NCBI GenBank assembly: GCA_043228905.1
Contig: JBHGNT010000005.1
Location: forward strand, 13,392,001-13,456,000
From: Azolla caroliniana
Lineage: Eukaryota; Plantae; Polypodiophyta
Length of the DNA stretch: 64,000 nt
Reading direction: 5' to 3'
Shown here: piece after piece, positions 36,465-49,075 of the stretch
How the letters are laid out: each line of letters opens with the position of its first letter
Numbering within the stretch: position 1 is the stretch's first letter
Program-made: the position numbers and the translations under genes
The notes under the pieces: generated by a model
Database searches by the model: none
Told to the model about the DNA's origin: nothing
What the model saw: only the letters and a program-made list of their open reading frames with translations

Positions 36465-39400
36465 ATGCCTTATCCGTACTCGAAGTTCCATGAGGGAGCT
36501 GATGCAGAAGCGCATGTGAGGGATTTCCTGACAACATGGGAGATTAACCATGGAACTCAGAGACTGTCGGCGGCAGCCGAAGTTAAGTCTAAGATTGCTA
36601 AGTTCATTTTGTCATCGGAGGGTTATTCCGCTAATTGGTTTGCGCAAAATGGTTTCCGTGGGTTCAAAACATTTGAACAATTGAACAACAAATTCTGCAG
36701 TTATTTCATCGTCAAATACCTCAAAAGGATTTGATAGCGCACTTTTATGCGTTGTATCAGTAGCAGTAGGAAACGGTGTCTCAATTCGTGATCCGTTTTC
36801 AGAAATTGCAGCTTGAAATTTCTAGGTCTATTCCGGACAATGAATTGAAGGATGTATTCCTTGAAGCAATTCGTGAACCATTACGAACAACACTGAAGGT
36901 GTTCGATATCCAGAATCAGAATATCGAGCAAGTGATTGATAAGGCAATCGCTATGGGGCGACAGTCGATAAATGTACGGAGTATGGATATGTCAGCACTA
37001 AATTGTGCACTGCCAACGATAGAGGAGTTACAATTTCGACAAGCAGTTCAGTGTACTACTTGTTTAAATACCGATCATTCAACGATCAAATGTATTCTTC
37101 GAACACATTGCACAATATGTCGTTCTAAACTTCATTCGGTCAAGCAATGTGAGTATAACTTGGTTAATAAGACGACGGCTTTGGTAAGACAAATTTTTCC
37201 GGAAAACGGATACCACAATAACCAGAATTCGTTCAATAATGGATACCAACAAAATAGTTTTCCACAAGGTCAACAAAATAATTTTCAAAAAAATCAAGCC
37301 TTTTAGCAAAATAAATTCCAGCAGAATCTAGCTTTTCACCGAAATAATTAGTCTTTTCAGCAAAGTAATTTTCAACACAATCAAGATTTTCAACAAAATC
37401 AAGAATTCTCGGTAGCACCGAATATGCATCAACAACAACAAAATGGAGGACGGTTTAAGCAGACCCGATATAAAAATAAAAAATTCTACAAGTAGAAAGC
37501 CTCATGACAGTTTCAACAATCGCCAAGTGATGGTCAATAGTTTATGCAAAATGATGGGACTAGTCAGTTTGAGCAAGGCGAGGGAAGTGGAACGTTTGTT
37601 CCTACTTGCTATATTTGCCGTCAAATTGTTCATTATGCTAATTAGTGTCCTGCTAAAGGAAAAGGACCGGCGGTTAATATGGTTATACCGGAAATACAAC
37701 AAGTAACCACTAGAAGCAAAAGTAAACAATTCGAGTGGGAGATTCAGGAAGCAGTCCGGATAGCAGCCAAGGAATGGGTAGAGGAAGCAAACAAAAATAA
37801 TGTAAACCGGATGCTCCAAGACAATGAAATTAACCAAGCTACCGAATTACCAGGAGTTATTACTATACCAGAACAAGAGGAAACTTGGAAGCTCTTGGCA
37901 GATTGCCAAGTATCATTACCACTGACCGGATTACTTAAGTTGGTTCCTAGATTTACCGAAAAAGTGGCTACATTGATTGCCCAAAAGGGGTCAGAACAAG
38001 TATTGGTACACTATAGTCAGCCAAGCACCAGCCCTTCAATCATGGATGAGAAAAATCCGTCAATTAAAGTAATAATTCAGGGTCAGGAAATCAAAAATAC
38101 GATTATCGATGGGGGCTTAGGAGTGAATGTCATTAATAAAACCACATGTGATAAGTTGGGAATTACTAAATGGGAAGCTTGCCCATTTTGGCTAAGAATG
38201 GCGGATACCACTACGATACGACCAATTGGTTTACTCCGCCAATTAGAGGTGGTATTGGGTGGTCTTAGTTTTCTGATATCGGCAGTAATACTTCATTTGG
38301 AAGCTCTTGGTGCATATCCTTTGTTATTAGGGCAACCATGGTTAAAGACTACTAACATCAAGCAGAATTGGAATCAGAATCAACTAACATTCAGAAAAGG
38401 CAAAACAAAAATCCAGGTTTCGACACAGAACAAGGTTGCGACAAGCAAATAGTGTTTGCCTGTGTATGTTGAGTCCGTCAATATGATGGAAGGATTAGAC
38501 GAGGTCGAAGAAAATCAGTATTTTGATGATGATCCGAAAATCATTCCTTTGTTTGAAGTAGATATTTTACAAGCCTTGATGCCATACGTGGATTCCCAAG
38601 AGGAATTACCAATAGATGAGCAAGCAATGAAGGAAATACGACTCCAACAAGAAGCTACCGATAGAGAGATGAAGGTGTCCCAATGAGTTCAAGCTTCAGC
38701 ATTGGAGGAAATAAATTTGTCAGAAGAAGATAGGGACAATGAGTTGAAAACAGTACCCATTGCTAAGGATATGATAGAAGCGGACAAACAAAGGTTAACA
38801 CCATTATTAAAGCAATATAAGGATGTCTTTGCCTAGTCTTTTGAAGATATGAAGGGACTAGATCCAGCTTTTTGTCAACATGAAATCAACCTGCATAAGG
38901 ATGCAAAGCCAATTCAACAACGCAGGTACCAATTAAATCATAATTATGCTATTAAAGTTAAAGAAGAAATAGATAATCTTTTGAAAGTAGGGTTTATTCG
39001 TCCGGTGAAAAAATCGACATTGTTAAGTCCAATCGTTGTAGATCCGAAAAAGAATGGACAGATTCGGGTATATGTCGACTATCGGAAACTAAATGCGGCT
39101 GTCGTTACAGATGCGTTTCCATTACCATTTACGGATAGTATATTGGATGCGGTAGTTGGTCATGAAGTATATAGTTTCCTAGATGGTTTTAGTGGTTATA
39201 ATCAAGTTCGGATGAATCTAGAAGATCAAGAAAAGATAGCTTTTGTTACAGAATGGGGAGTGTTTGTAGTAGTAGTAATGATGTTTGGCTTGAAGACCGC
39301 TCTGGCGACATTTCAAAGAGTGATACAGGAAATATTTGGGAACTACATTCTTGCCTTTATGCAAGTATTTTTGGATGATTTTGCTATTTATAGTCGGAAA

Positions 39401-41480
39401 GCCGAACATTTTGAGTATTTACGAGTATGTTTGGAGAAATGTCGGGAAGGACGGCTTAGTTTAAATCCGGCAAAATGTGCATTCGGGGTTACTAGTGGCA
39501 CATTATTAGGCCATATTGTCAGTCAGGAAGGAATTGCAGTGGACTCTGACAGGGTTAAAGCCATACTGGAAGCACCGGCACCCACAAATGCTAACGCTCT
39601 CAGTCGGTTTTTGGTGCAGACTAGATGGCACAACCGAATGATAAGATATCTTGCGGATATCGCCATTCCCTTACATACAGCAGTACACAAAGTTCCTTTT
39701 CAGTGGACAAGTGTGGAACAGGATGCATATGATTGTCTGAAGAAAATGTTGTCCAAAGTTCCAGTCGTTCAGCCACCTAACTGGAATAAGCCATTCCATG
39801 TTTTTGTCGACGCATCGGACATTGCAATCGGAAGTGCATTAATGCAGTTAACCGAACCGAATTGGTACAGGGCAGTTTACTATGCTAGTCGGAAACTCTC
39901 GACAGCCGAAAGAAACCACTGAGAGGGAAGCTTTAGGAATGATCTATAGTGTCAATAAATTTCGACACTATCTTTTGGGGAAAGAGTTTACATTTCATGT
40001 TGATCATTTGGCTCTTCTTTATTTGGTCTCAAAACAAGAGTTAACTAGCAAGTTAGCAAGATGGACTCTTCTACTCCAAGAATTCGAATTTGACATTTTA
40101 CATCATCCAAGAGTACAGCATGCAGTGGCCAATTATCTCAATCGACTGGCCAACTTTTTCGAGTGGAAGTAATAAATACACAAGGTGTAAACGAAGAAAG
40201 TGAAGATGGTTGGATCTCAGAAATGAAATTCTTTCTTACAACAGGGTTGCCACCCAAACATCTATCGGCAGACGAAAGGAAAAGGTTGGCGGTATGGAGT
40301 CGTGATTTTTGTCTTTTGAAAGACACTCTGTATCATAAAGGAGCAGATGGTATTTGGAGAAGAACAATACGACAATTTGAAAAATCGGTCATTCTTCGGG
40401 AATCGCACAGTGGAATTGTAGGAGAACACTACTGGAGAAACCACAGCAAGAAAAATATGGAACAGTGGCTTATGGTGGCCGACAATGATGAAGGATGTAG
40501 TCGAATACTGTCGGAAATGTGATTTATGCCAACGTATGGAACAACCGACAGAAAGGGACCGAATGCCGTTTCAACCTGTGTTACCTCTTGAACCTTTCCA
40601 GAAATGGAGTTTGGATTTTGTAGGCCCATTCAAACCGACAGCAGTAAGAACTGACAAGAGATATATTATAATGGCTACTGATTACTGTACGAAGTGGGTA
40701 GAAGCTAAAGCTCTTAGGGATAATACGACAGCTTCAATAGCAGAAATTTTGTACAAAAGTATATGGTGTCGATTCGGCTGCCCAATAGAATTAGTGAGCG
40801 ATCAAGGTACGCATTTCATTAACAAACTTGTTCATGAATTTTCGACCTACTATGTAGTGGTTCATAAGAAAAGCACGCCTTACTATCCACAAGCGAATAG
40901 ATTGGCAAAGTCGACAAACAAAACCCTACAGACGATATTCAAGAAGATAGTAAATGAGAATCCTACGGACTAGGATCAAAAGTTGCATAGTGCTTTATGG
41001 GCATATCGCACATCATACAAAACATCTATTAAATCAACAGCTTTCTGAATGGCTTTTGGATTGGAGGTAGTTATGCCAATCGAATTCCAAATTCCGACAC
41101 TCCGAATACAAGCAACCGAAAAATTAAATGAACTACAGTCGGAGTAAATTTGGAAAGAATCTTTATTGCTGTTAGAAGAAGACCGCCTACAAGCTATGAC
41201 AACTTTGGAGCACAAGCAAAGGCAAACGAAGGCATTTGTAAATCGACACCAACGAAAAACTGAATCTCAATTCGGAATTGGGAAACCGGTACTAGTTTTC
41301 CAAACCAAGATGGGGGCGATGTCAGGAAAACTTCGGTATAGATGGACGGGACCAGTTTGGATCGTGAACAGTAAAATACATATCAACTAGGAGCCCTATC
41401 AGGTGAGATTTTATCGAAATGGGTCATTGGTTTCCAACTTACGCCATATCATGGACACATGCCGGAAAATCCATTCAAGG
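36465..41480 (+). pseudogene. Gypsy C gag-pol
   Basis: Protease IIDGGLGVNVI. RT FLDGFSGYNQ, FLDD. RH VDASD, EREALG. Integrase LDFVGP, ATDYCTKWVEA, SDQGTHF. Several stops. Confidence 0.92.
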
Positions 41481-41884
41481 CTAAATCGAAAGAAAAGTAA
41501 AAATAAAAATATAAAATATAAAAAATAAAAACTAACTATAGAATATTTTCTTGCCAAATCATAACTAACTTTCACAAAGAGATTCTTGGAGTAATTTTAG
41601 AGGGCTATAAGTAAAAATAATGGAGGCATATTTCTATTAGTCATTATTACTATTTCTAGCCATTACTCCACTAGTACGCCTAGTCATTACCACATTAATA
41701 GTACTTTTATTCCCTAGGCATCATGCAAAAAATTAATCTCTTAAAACCTATTTCTGTAATGACTGTTTCACCACAGAAGCAGAAACGCATTCGAGCTCAC
41801 AGGTTTTCTGATTTTATTCGCCATAGCCCATAGTGTTTCTCACCGCCGCCACAGAGTGATGATCTATCAATCAACGATGACAAC

Positions 41885-44411
41885 ATGCCAATTATCGTAT
41901 CTGATAACTTGCGCCGATGGCTCGTTCGGAATAAGTTACAGGGATTTTTGAAAGTCGTAGAAGTAGAGCCGCACCCGAACGCGGAAGCTCTACTGGTAGA
42001 AATCGATGTCTCGACGATCACTAATAAGAAGGTAAGAGCCGTGTTGGAGATGCCAAGAGGTGGGTTCGATGCTGTCAGCAAGGTCACAAAGGATGGTCTG
42101 CGGTCCTATTTCGGTGAATGTCCCCTGCCAAAGCGTATCAGACACAAAGTGTTTTTTCATGAAGTTGCAAAATTTTTATTGGAAGTAGGGTTTGTTACTC
42201 CGAGATTCTAATGTATGCCCAAGAAGAGGGCCGGATTTATCATCGCCGCTTATGAAGGCGAAGCTTTCGATTGGGGGCTATTGTTGGCAGATGCTCTGAG
42301 AGAGCAACTGAACGGAGCTCAGAAGGGAAAACCAATGAAGCGAAGCCGATTTTTGCTCGTTGATTATCGGTATTATTTCCGACTTCAGAGCCAGAAAACC
42401 GATCAGGGGTGCGTTGGCCGCCTTAGGTACAGTCATCCCGAACCCAACGACAAGTCCGATGGGAAGAGTGGAGGGAAGAAGAATCAATGCAGGACGATAC
42501 CACTCAGAACGAATCTGACCAACCGAACCCAAGGCAACAACAAGAATCAGAACAACAACAGTCGACGCAGTCTCAACAGTCGATACCGCAACCCGAACCT
42601 ACCCAGCAACCGCCGACTCAACAGCCGGAGTTTCAACCACAAAGGATGCAACAACGCGGGACGACAAACGAGCAACCTTCACAGTAGCTAGAATTGAGAC
42701 GAGTCGACATTGACCAACAACCGCTAAAGCAACGCAGGGTGAAACAACGGTCCCAAAGATATTCTAGACTAGAGCAAGAACAACCTGTGCAGAAGAAAAA
42801 GAGAACTAACGATCACGAGTTCAAAAAGGGAAGGCATCAACGACAACGGTGCAAGAGGCACTCGGTTTTTCTGACATCCTGGCAACAGCACATGAGCTAG
42901 CTGCCATTCTGCAGTTCGGAACATCATATGAACTGGTGGTATGGTTAGCTAAAAGACTTCAAGAAGTGTCAGAAAGAATGGCGCAAGAGCACAGAGATCA
43001 AATAATGATCCAAAAGTCATTATGTGGAACTGTCGAACCCAACGAGCAAGCGGAAGTGGATAGAATTGGTTGATAGTGAAATGCTAAAAATAGAGGTGAA
43101 GCCATTTAGATACCACCATTACATGAGGCACTGGTGGAAGTCCACCGAGAGCGACCAGGGATATGGCCGAATTATACAAACAGGCTACAGCAGCTGCAGA
43201 TGTGCTTAATGCACAGTATAAACAGACGTAGGCAGAAAATCAGCAGTTGAAGAATAAACTGCAAGAAGAACAAGTGGCTCTAGAAAAAGAGAGAGAACAG
43301 ATATTACAACTAGAGTCACAAAGACAACCTTTGCAGACGGATTCGGAATTACAAAAGAGGTTGGACCAAGCTGAAAAAGCACAAAGAGAGGCAGAAATTA
43401 GGGCAGAAAAGACTGAAGACAGGTCTAGAGAAATGGAGGCTTGATTACAGTCGGCAAAAACGATGGCCGACAGATGTTTGGGGGAAAAAGATAATGTGAT
43501 ACAAGAATTACGCCAATAGTTAGCCCAACAACAAGAGGCTACAAGGCAATAAGTCAAGGAACTAGAAGAGTATGTCAAGAGCCAAGAGACTTGTTTTACA
43601 ACACAGTTGGCTGGTAAAGACAAATTGATAGACGAAATAGATGAAAAAATGATTCACCAGCAGAACGACTGGAATGAAGAGAAAGTGAAGTTGGAAAAAT
43701 GATGTGCAGAAATTCAAATGGTCTCCGAGAAAAGCCGACTTGACCTCTTAGCGGCACAAGCTAAACTGATGCAGGAAGAAGGAAGGAAATACCAATGCGG
43801 TAATCATTGATTTGCGGAAAACATTGGCAACAACACAGTTTGAGGCTAGAATGACTTAGGACAGGGTTCAAGCGATCATTATACGTCACCGAATTAACAC
43901 CTTAAAATTGGTCAATGAATCGCTGGAGAAGGGTTGGCAAACATGGTCGCACAAGCCGCGGAGCTTCAACTACTAAGAGCCGACAGAGAAAATAGGAAAA
44001 TTCAGGGCAAAGGCTTCCTCAAGATGTCGGAGGAAGCAATGACCACAGTTTAGGAAGATATTGTTAAGGACCTATATGACATGACGGCTTATTTTAAAGA
44101 AGAAATTAACCGAGTCATGCAGGAATTCGACAAGCATGATGTCGAGACATCCGTCGAGTTAGACAATATTCGAAGCCGAAAGAATAACCAAAACACCTAG
44201 ACTCGGAGCACGAGATTTAGCAGAGCCAAGACCATCGACCAAAGAAGCCCGCCAGGAAAACGATGATGGAGAGGACACTGAAGATGAAGATGAAGACGAA
44301 GTAGGCGTGGCAACACAGGAAGCAGAACCCTCCTTATTCGACATTTTGCAGGACGACACAGACGATGATTTGGAGATGGAGGAAGATCTTTCCTCAAAGC
44401 AGCAGGAGTAA
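41885..44411 (+). pseudogene. Gypsy C extra 3' ORF (FDW-motif N-terminus, Q-rich linker, coiled coil, acidic tail)
   Basis: Fragments MPIIVSDN..., AAYEGEAFDWGLLLADALREQL, heptad E/Q/K region, AELQLLRADRENRKIQG near 43960 (homologous to element A). TAA at 44409-44411. Confidence 0.78.
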
Positions 44412-44419
44412 AGGGTTAT

Positions 44420-44459
44420 GTGGGTTCGCCGAACAACGTCCTGGCCCACGGGCGTGCCA
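44420..44459 (+). other. tRNA-3'-end-like module (inverted PBS) in place of the PPT, element C
   Basis: GTGGG-TTCG-CCGAACAACGTCCTGG-CCCAC-GGGCGT-G-CCA, then 2 nt (AG), then the LTR TG at 44462. Confidence 0.85.
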
Positions 44460-45628
44460 AGTGTTACCCAGACAAGTATAGATACGTCAGAGTTGGAAGG
44501 ATGTTCGGAGTCAGATCGATGACTCTTCAGATAGCCGAATAGGGCATAGTTAGTTACGAAGTTTTGTAATTCCTGATAATTATAGGCAGTAGGATTTCTT
44601 GATGAGAAAAGACCTTCGGGTTACCTATAAAAGGAACCAAAGGCATTGTAAAAATCTATCATTGTATTTAGTAATATAAAGTTTAGTTAGGAAATCTCTG
44701 TGTACGGATTACTTTTTGCCATCTATTTCTTTTTGTCTAAACTATATTACATAAGTCACGATCTCCGTGTCGGTTATCACCAATAAGTTTACAGATAATT
44801 TGTATCTATTCTTCTAACCACAACTTCTTGATAGAACGTTTGGTACAAACGTTCGTCTTATACTGTGTCGGCAAAGTAGTAATTGTCGACCGAACAACAC
44901 TATTGTTGACTAGGAGTCGGAGAAGAAGATAGTGCACTCCAGATCAACCGGAAGAGATCAGTTGGAAGATGCTAGGACACATCCGGTCTGAAGTCGGATG
45001 TTAGACGAGGACCTTGATGAACTGACCAGATTCAGACAAAGACCCAAACTGACCGAAGAAGAATCGGATACCGGAACCAGACAAGACCCCGAATCAAATT
45101 CAGATGAAGAACAAACAGAGGAACCAGTGGCCGAAGACCAAGGACGAAGATATCCCCTCAGAGAGAGAAGGCCCCCCCGGAGATTTCCGGATGCAGAGCA
45201 TGTGTTACCGACCGACAAGGGGGAGCCGGAAAGCATTGAAGAAGTGAAGAAAGACACCCACAGCCGCACGTGGTTAAGTGCCATGCATGACGAGATGGAT
45301 TCCCTGCAGGGGAACCACACATATGAATTGATGGAGCTGCCAAAAGGAAAGAGAACGCTTCGAAAAAAGTAGGTGTACAAGATGAAACGAAGAGATGCCG
45401 AAAATCCACTAAGGTATAAGGCACGCTGTGGTGAAGGGCTTCCAGTAGAAGAAAGGAGTGGATTTCGAAATCTTTGCCGCGGTAGTAAAGATGACATCCA
45501 TCCAGACTATGTTGAGCATAACGGCAAGCATGTACCTCGAGGTAGAACAACTAGATGTCAGGACGACATTCCTGCACGGTGACCTTGAAGAAGAGATCGA
45601 CATTTAACGGCTGGAGGGATTTGTGAAG

Positions 45629-45870
45629 AAATCGAATCAACAGATATTTGATTCGTACGATCATAGATTCGGTTTGAATCGGCAACTAGAGGCCTATTTT
45701 CCATCTCCCAATCGTCTATTGTCTTCTCTTCCATAAAGACAATATCTCGGCTCCTAATCATCTTCTTGTCGATAACCGAATTCATCTTCGTCTTAACCGA
45801 GAAATAGACACGGTCGGCGCTTGGGATCTAGTTTCCCCCTCTTGTCCTTAGCTACATGCATGTAAAGCTT
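45629..45870 (-). mobile_element. Inverted Copia integrase-tail fragment
   Basis: Minus strand YMHVAKDKRGKLDPK..CLFLG and DKKMIRSRDIVFMEEKTIDDWE. Confidence 0.8.
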
Positions 45871-48319
45871 AGATGTCAAGAGCCCTATGTGGCTGATACA
45901 CTCTACATACAGAGACTATTGTATACTATCTTCTGGTATTCTTCATTGTATAGTGAATCTCAGTTCTCGTGGTTTTCCCCGAATAGGGTTTCCACGTAAA
46001 ACTGTGTATTATGTGCATTTGTTGTGTTTTCTCTCTGTTTCTACGTTATTGTGTATTACACAGTTGGTCTTCCTCATGAATCATAGGGTTTGAAATCTCT
46101 ACAAATTGGTATGAGAGCAAGGTTGAAGAATGGAAGGAGGTGCAATTGGCTTCCCAGGCATGATAGTTCTAAACTCTCATAACTATGTGGAATGGAAGAT
46201 AAAGATGGAGAAACCTCTCATAATCAAAGACCTGTACGAGTTGATCGACAGAGCAGAAATACCCACGGGGGTATTTGAGTCTAAATGGAAACTTCTTAAT
46301 AGAAAGGAGGTGGCCACCATCAGACAATGCGTCAATGTGAGTGTCCTTCAGCATGTAGCGAATGACACAAATTCCTACGAGATGTGGAGGAAGTTGTCAG
46401 GCCTATATGAGAGGAAGAATTCCCTTAACAAAACATTGTTGATGAGAAAGATCATAAAGAGGAAAGCATAGTTGAGCATGTAAGCACATACATGGGATGG
46501 GGTATATGAATCAACTTGTGGTGACTAGGTTCCGCCTGGAGGATGCAATGCAAGCCATCCTTGTATTGTGCACTGTGTCGGACAGTTGGGAGAATCTAGT
46601 GGTGACTCTCAACACCTTGTGTCAAGAAGAAAACCTGCATCTACAAGTAGTAAAGACAAGTATCTTGAACGAGGAGACAAGAAGGAAGGAAGGGTGTCCT
46701 GTCCCAATCGGAGTCGAACTTGACTCAACATACCGATAGAGGAATGAATCGGCAAAGGAGTCCACCAAGGAGAGAAAAGTCCCATGCTAGATCCAAGTCC
46801 AAAGGTAAGCTAATATGCTTCTACTGTGGAAATCTTGGACACTTTTAGAAGGATTGTCGAAACCTCAAGAAGGACACAAGTGCTGGAAATAATGTCGAAC
46901 CTAGGAAGATTCCTGAAGAAAAGGGCACATCAGTTGTAGCTACAAGTGCAGAGGAGATTCTGTTCATTTGTGAGCAGGCAAGCACAAATTTGGAAGTGGA
47001 GAGTGCACTTGGGTAGTCGACTCGTGTGCATCTTTCCACATAACTCTGTCGAGAGAGTGTTTCTCGACTTACATAGACGGTGACCACGACTATGTAAAGA
47101 TCGGAGATCATGGAAGCGTGTGCCTGACGATGTCGACCGGTTGTCAACTGATGTTGAGGGAAGTTCAACATGTCCCCGATATAAGATTGAATCTGATATC
47201 TACTGGAAGATTGGGTGACGAAGGCTACAATGGTAGCATCTGAAACGACATGTGGAAGTTCTACCGTAAAAACCTCATAGTGGCCTGAGCATAGAAAGAG
47301 CGCACACTGTATATGATGCATGCCCGACTGTGCAAATCAGAAGTTAATGTGGCAGTTGACTCGAGTGGAGAGTTATGGCACAAGAGACTTGGACACATGA
47401 ATGAGAAAGGAATGCACATCTTGGCCGACCAGGGACTTCTCCCAGAAGTGAAAGGAGTATACTTGGAGAAGTGTGTCGACTGCTTAGTCGGAAAACAGAA
47501 CCGAGCGGCATTTCACACAAGACCACCAAGAAGAAGAGAAGTTGCACTGGAACTAGTACACACGGATGTGTGCTCCATCACACGAGGTGGATAGTACTTC
47601 GTAACATTTATTGACAACTATAGTCGGAAGACATGGGCCTCCATACTGAATACCAAGGATCAAGTATTGTCAATGTTCAAGGAGTGCCAGGCAAGAACTG
47701 AACGAGAGTCGGGTCGGAAGATGAAGGTTGTCCGAATCGACAATGGTGGCAAATATGAAGGGCAATTCGAGGAATACTACAAGGTCTAGGGTATTGGAAT
47801 CGAATACATTGTACCAAAGACCCTTGAGTTGAATAGGCTTGGAGAGAGGATTAATCTAACAATCACGGAGAGAGTAAGGAGCATGTTCTCTCATGCTAAA
47901 CTGTCGAAATCGTATTGGGTTGAGGCAATGTACACAACTATTTACCTGATCAAAAGGTCCCCCTCAGTACCACTGAAAGGTGATGTCCCACAAAGGGTGT
48001 CGACAGGAAAGAATGTCTCCTACCGACACTTGAGGGTGTTCGGATGCTTATTGTATATGCATGTGGCTAAGGATCAGAGGTTGAAGCTAGACAATAAGTC
48101 GAAACCATGCATATTCATGGGATACTCGGAGCACAAGTTCGGCTATAGGCTGAGGAACTTAGTTGAAAAGAAGGTGGTGAGGAGTCGGGATGTAGTCTTC
48201 TTGGAAGACAAGACAATAAAGGACTGGAAGTAACAGAAGTCAGAATCGACTTCCTACTCATCTCCCACTAATCCCGACTTAAGGCCAAATGAACCGACAC
48301 AATCGGCTATTTGGAGCGC

Positions 48320-48407
48320 CTAACCACAATTCATTGATAGAACGTTCGGTAAACAACGTTCGACTTATACTGTGTCGACATCATAGTCGGTTGTCGGCCA
48401 GACAACA
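48320..48407 (+). repeat. 3'-terminal remnant of a Gypsy C-family LTR inside Copia 2
   Basis: CTAACCACAA..TTGATAGAACGTTCGGT..CTTATACTGTGTCG..ACAACA matches 36116-36200. Confidence 0.8.
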
Positions 48408-49075
48408 CCACTAGAGGGACATATTCCCAACACAAGGTGCGATATGGGAACAGATCCGGGTCGACAAAACCCATAGGGGAGAATGCCATGACACCGTCGA
48501 AATCCCAGCATGGGGATGGGTCACCTAACAAGAGTCCTAACGCAAACGGTTCAACAAATACCGGTCGATCGACAAAGTCGATCTAAGAATCTGAACCACT
48601 TATCTCAACACCTAGGAGATCTGGACGAGCTCAAAGGCCGACAGAGTTCTATCAACCGAGCCTCGACTACGTCAATTATGTTGGGAAATCGGTCCTTCCG
48701 GATGGGATCCGGTTATCAATGAAGAGGACCTGGTGAGAACGGAAGAGATTCGGAAACCGGATCGGATGGACCTGGTGAGAACCGGAAGAGAAGACATATT
48801 TGTAAATATGTTTTGAGTAAGCCTATTGATACTATATTTGTAAATAGCCCTAAGTTCATATAAGTATAAATATGACTTAGGGCAATCACTCTGTAAGTGT
48901 TATGAATGTTGTCATATTGTTGTATGTATAACTGTTGTATAGAGCGAGTGATAGAGAGAGAGTGAGATACATCACGGTTCCTGTTGTAACCACCGCTTGG
49001 CGAGGAAACATAGCTCGAGGTCGTTGCCTCCGAGTCTCTAATTGTACCTTTCTCATATAGTCATAGTTCGGAGTC

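Larger units (their letters stand above)
35738..44899 (+). mobile_element. Full-length non-chromovirus Gypsy C, 9.16 kb (LTRs 35738-36200 and 44462-44899)
   Basis: Paired LTRs starting TGTTACCC. TSD CTATT at 35733-35737 and 44900-44904. PBS TGGCACGCCGGT at 36212-36223. gag-PR-RT-RH-INT order plus an extra ORF. Confidence 0.96.
33589..45628 (+). mobile_element. Copia 1 (5' LTR 33589-34094, PBS 34098-34109), internally deleted, split by Gypsy C, truncated in RT
   Basis: TGTTGGGAA...CACA followed by TGGTATCATAGC. The integrase tail EDKTI|VD*ESEKK is continuous across the Gypsy insertion. It ends just after HGDLEEEI. Confidence 0.88.

Noticed and set aside
44396-44415. Purine-rich run as the PPT of Gypsy C (similar run at 2650-2664 in A)
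   Set aside because: It is interrupted, overlaps the ORF stop and lies 45-50 nt from the LTR start, too far to define the LTR edge. It is kept only as a refutation test.
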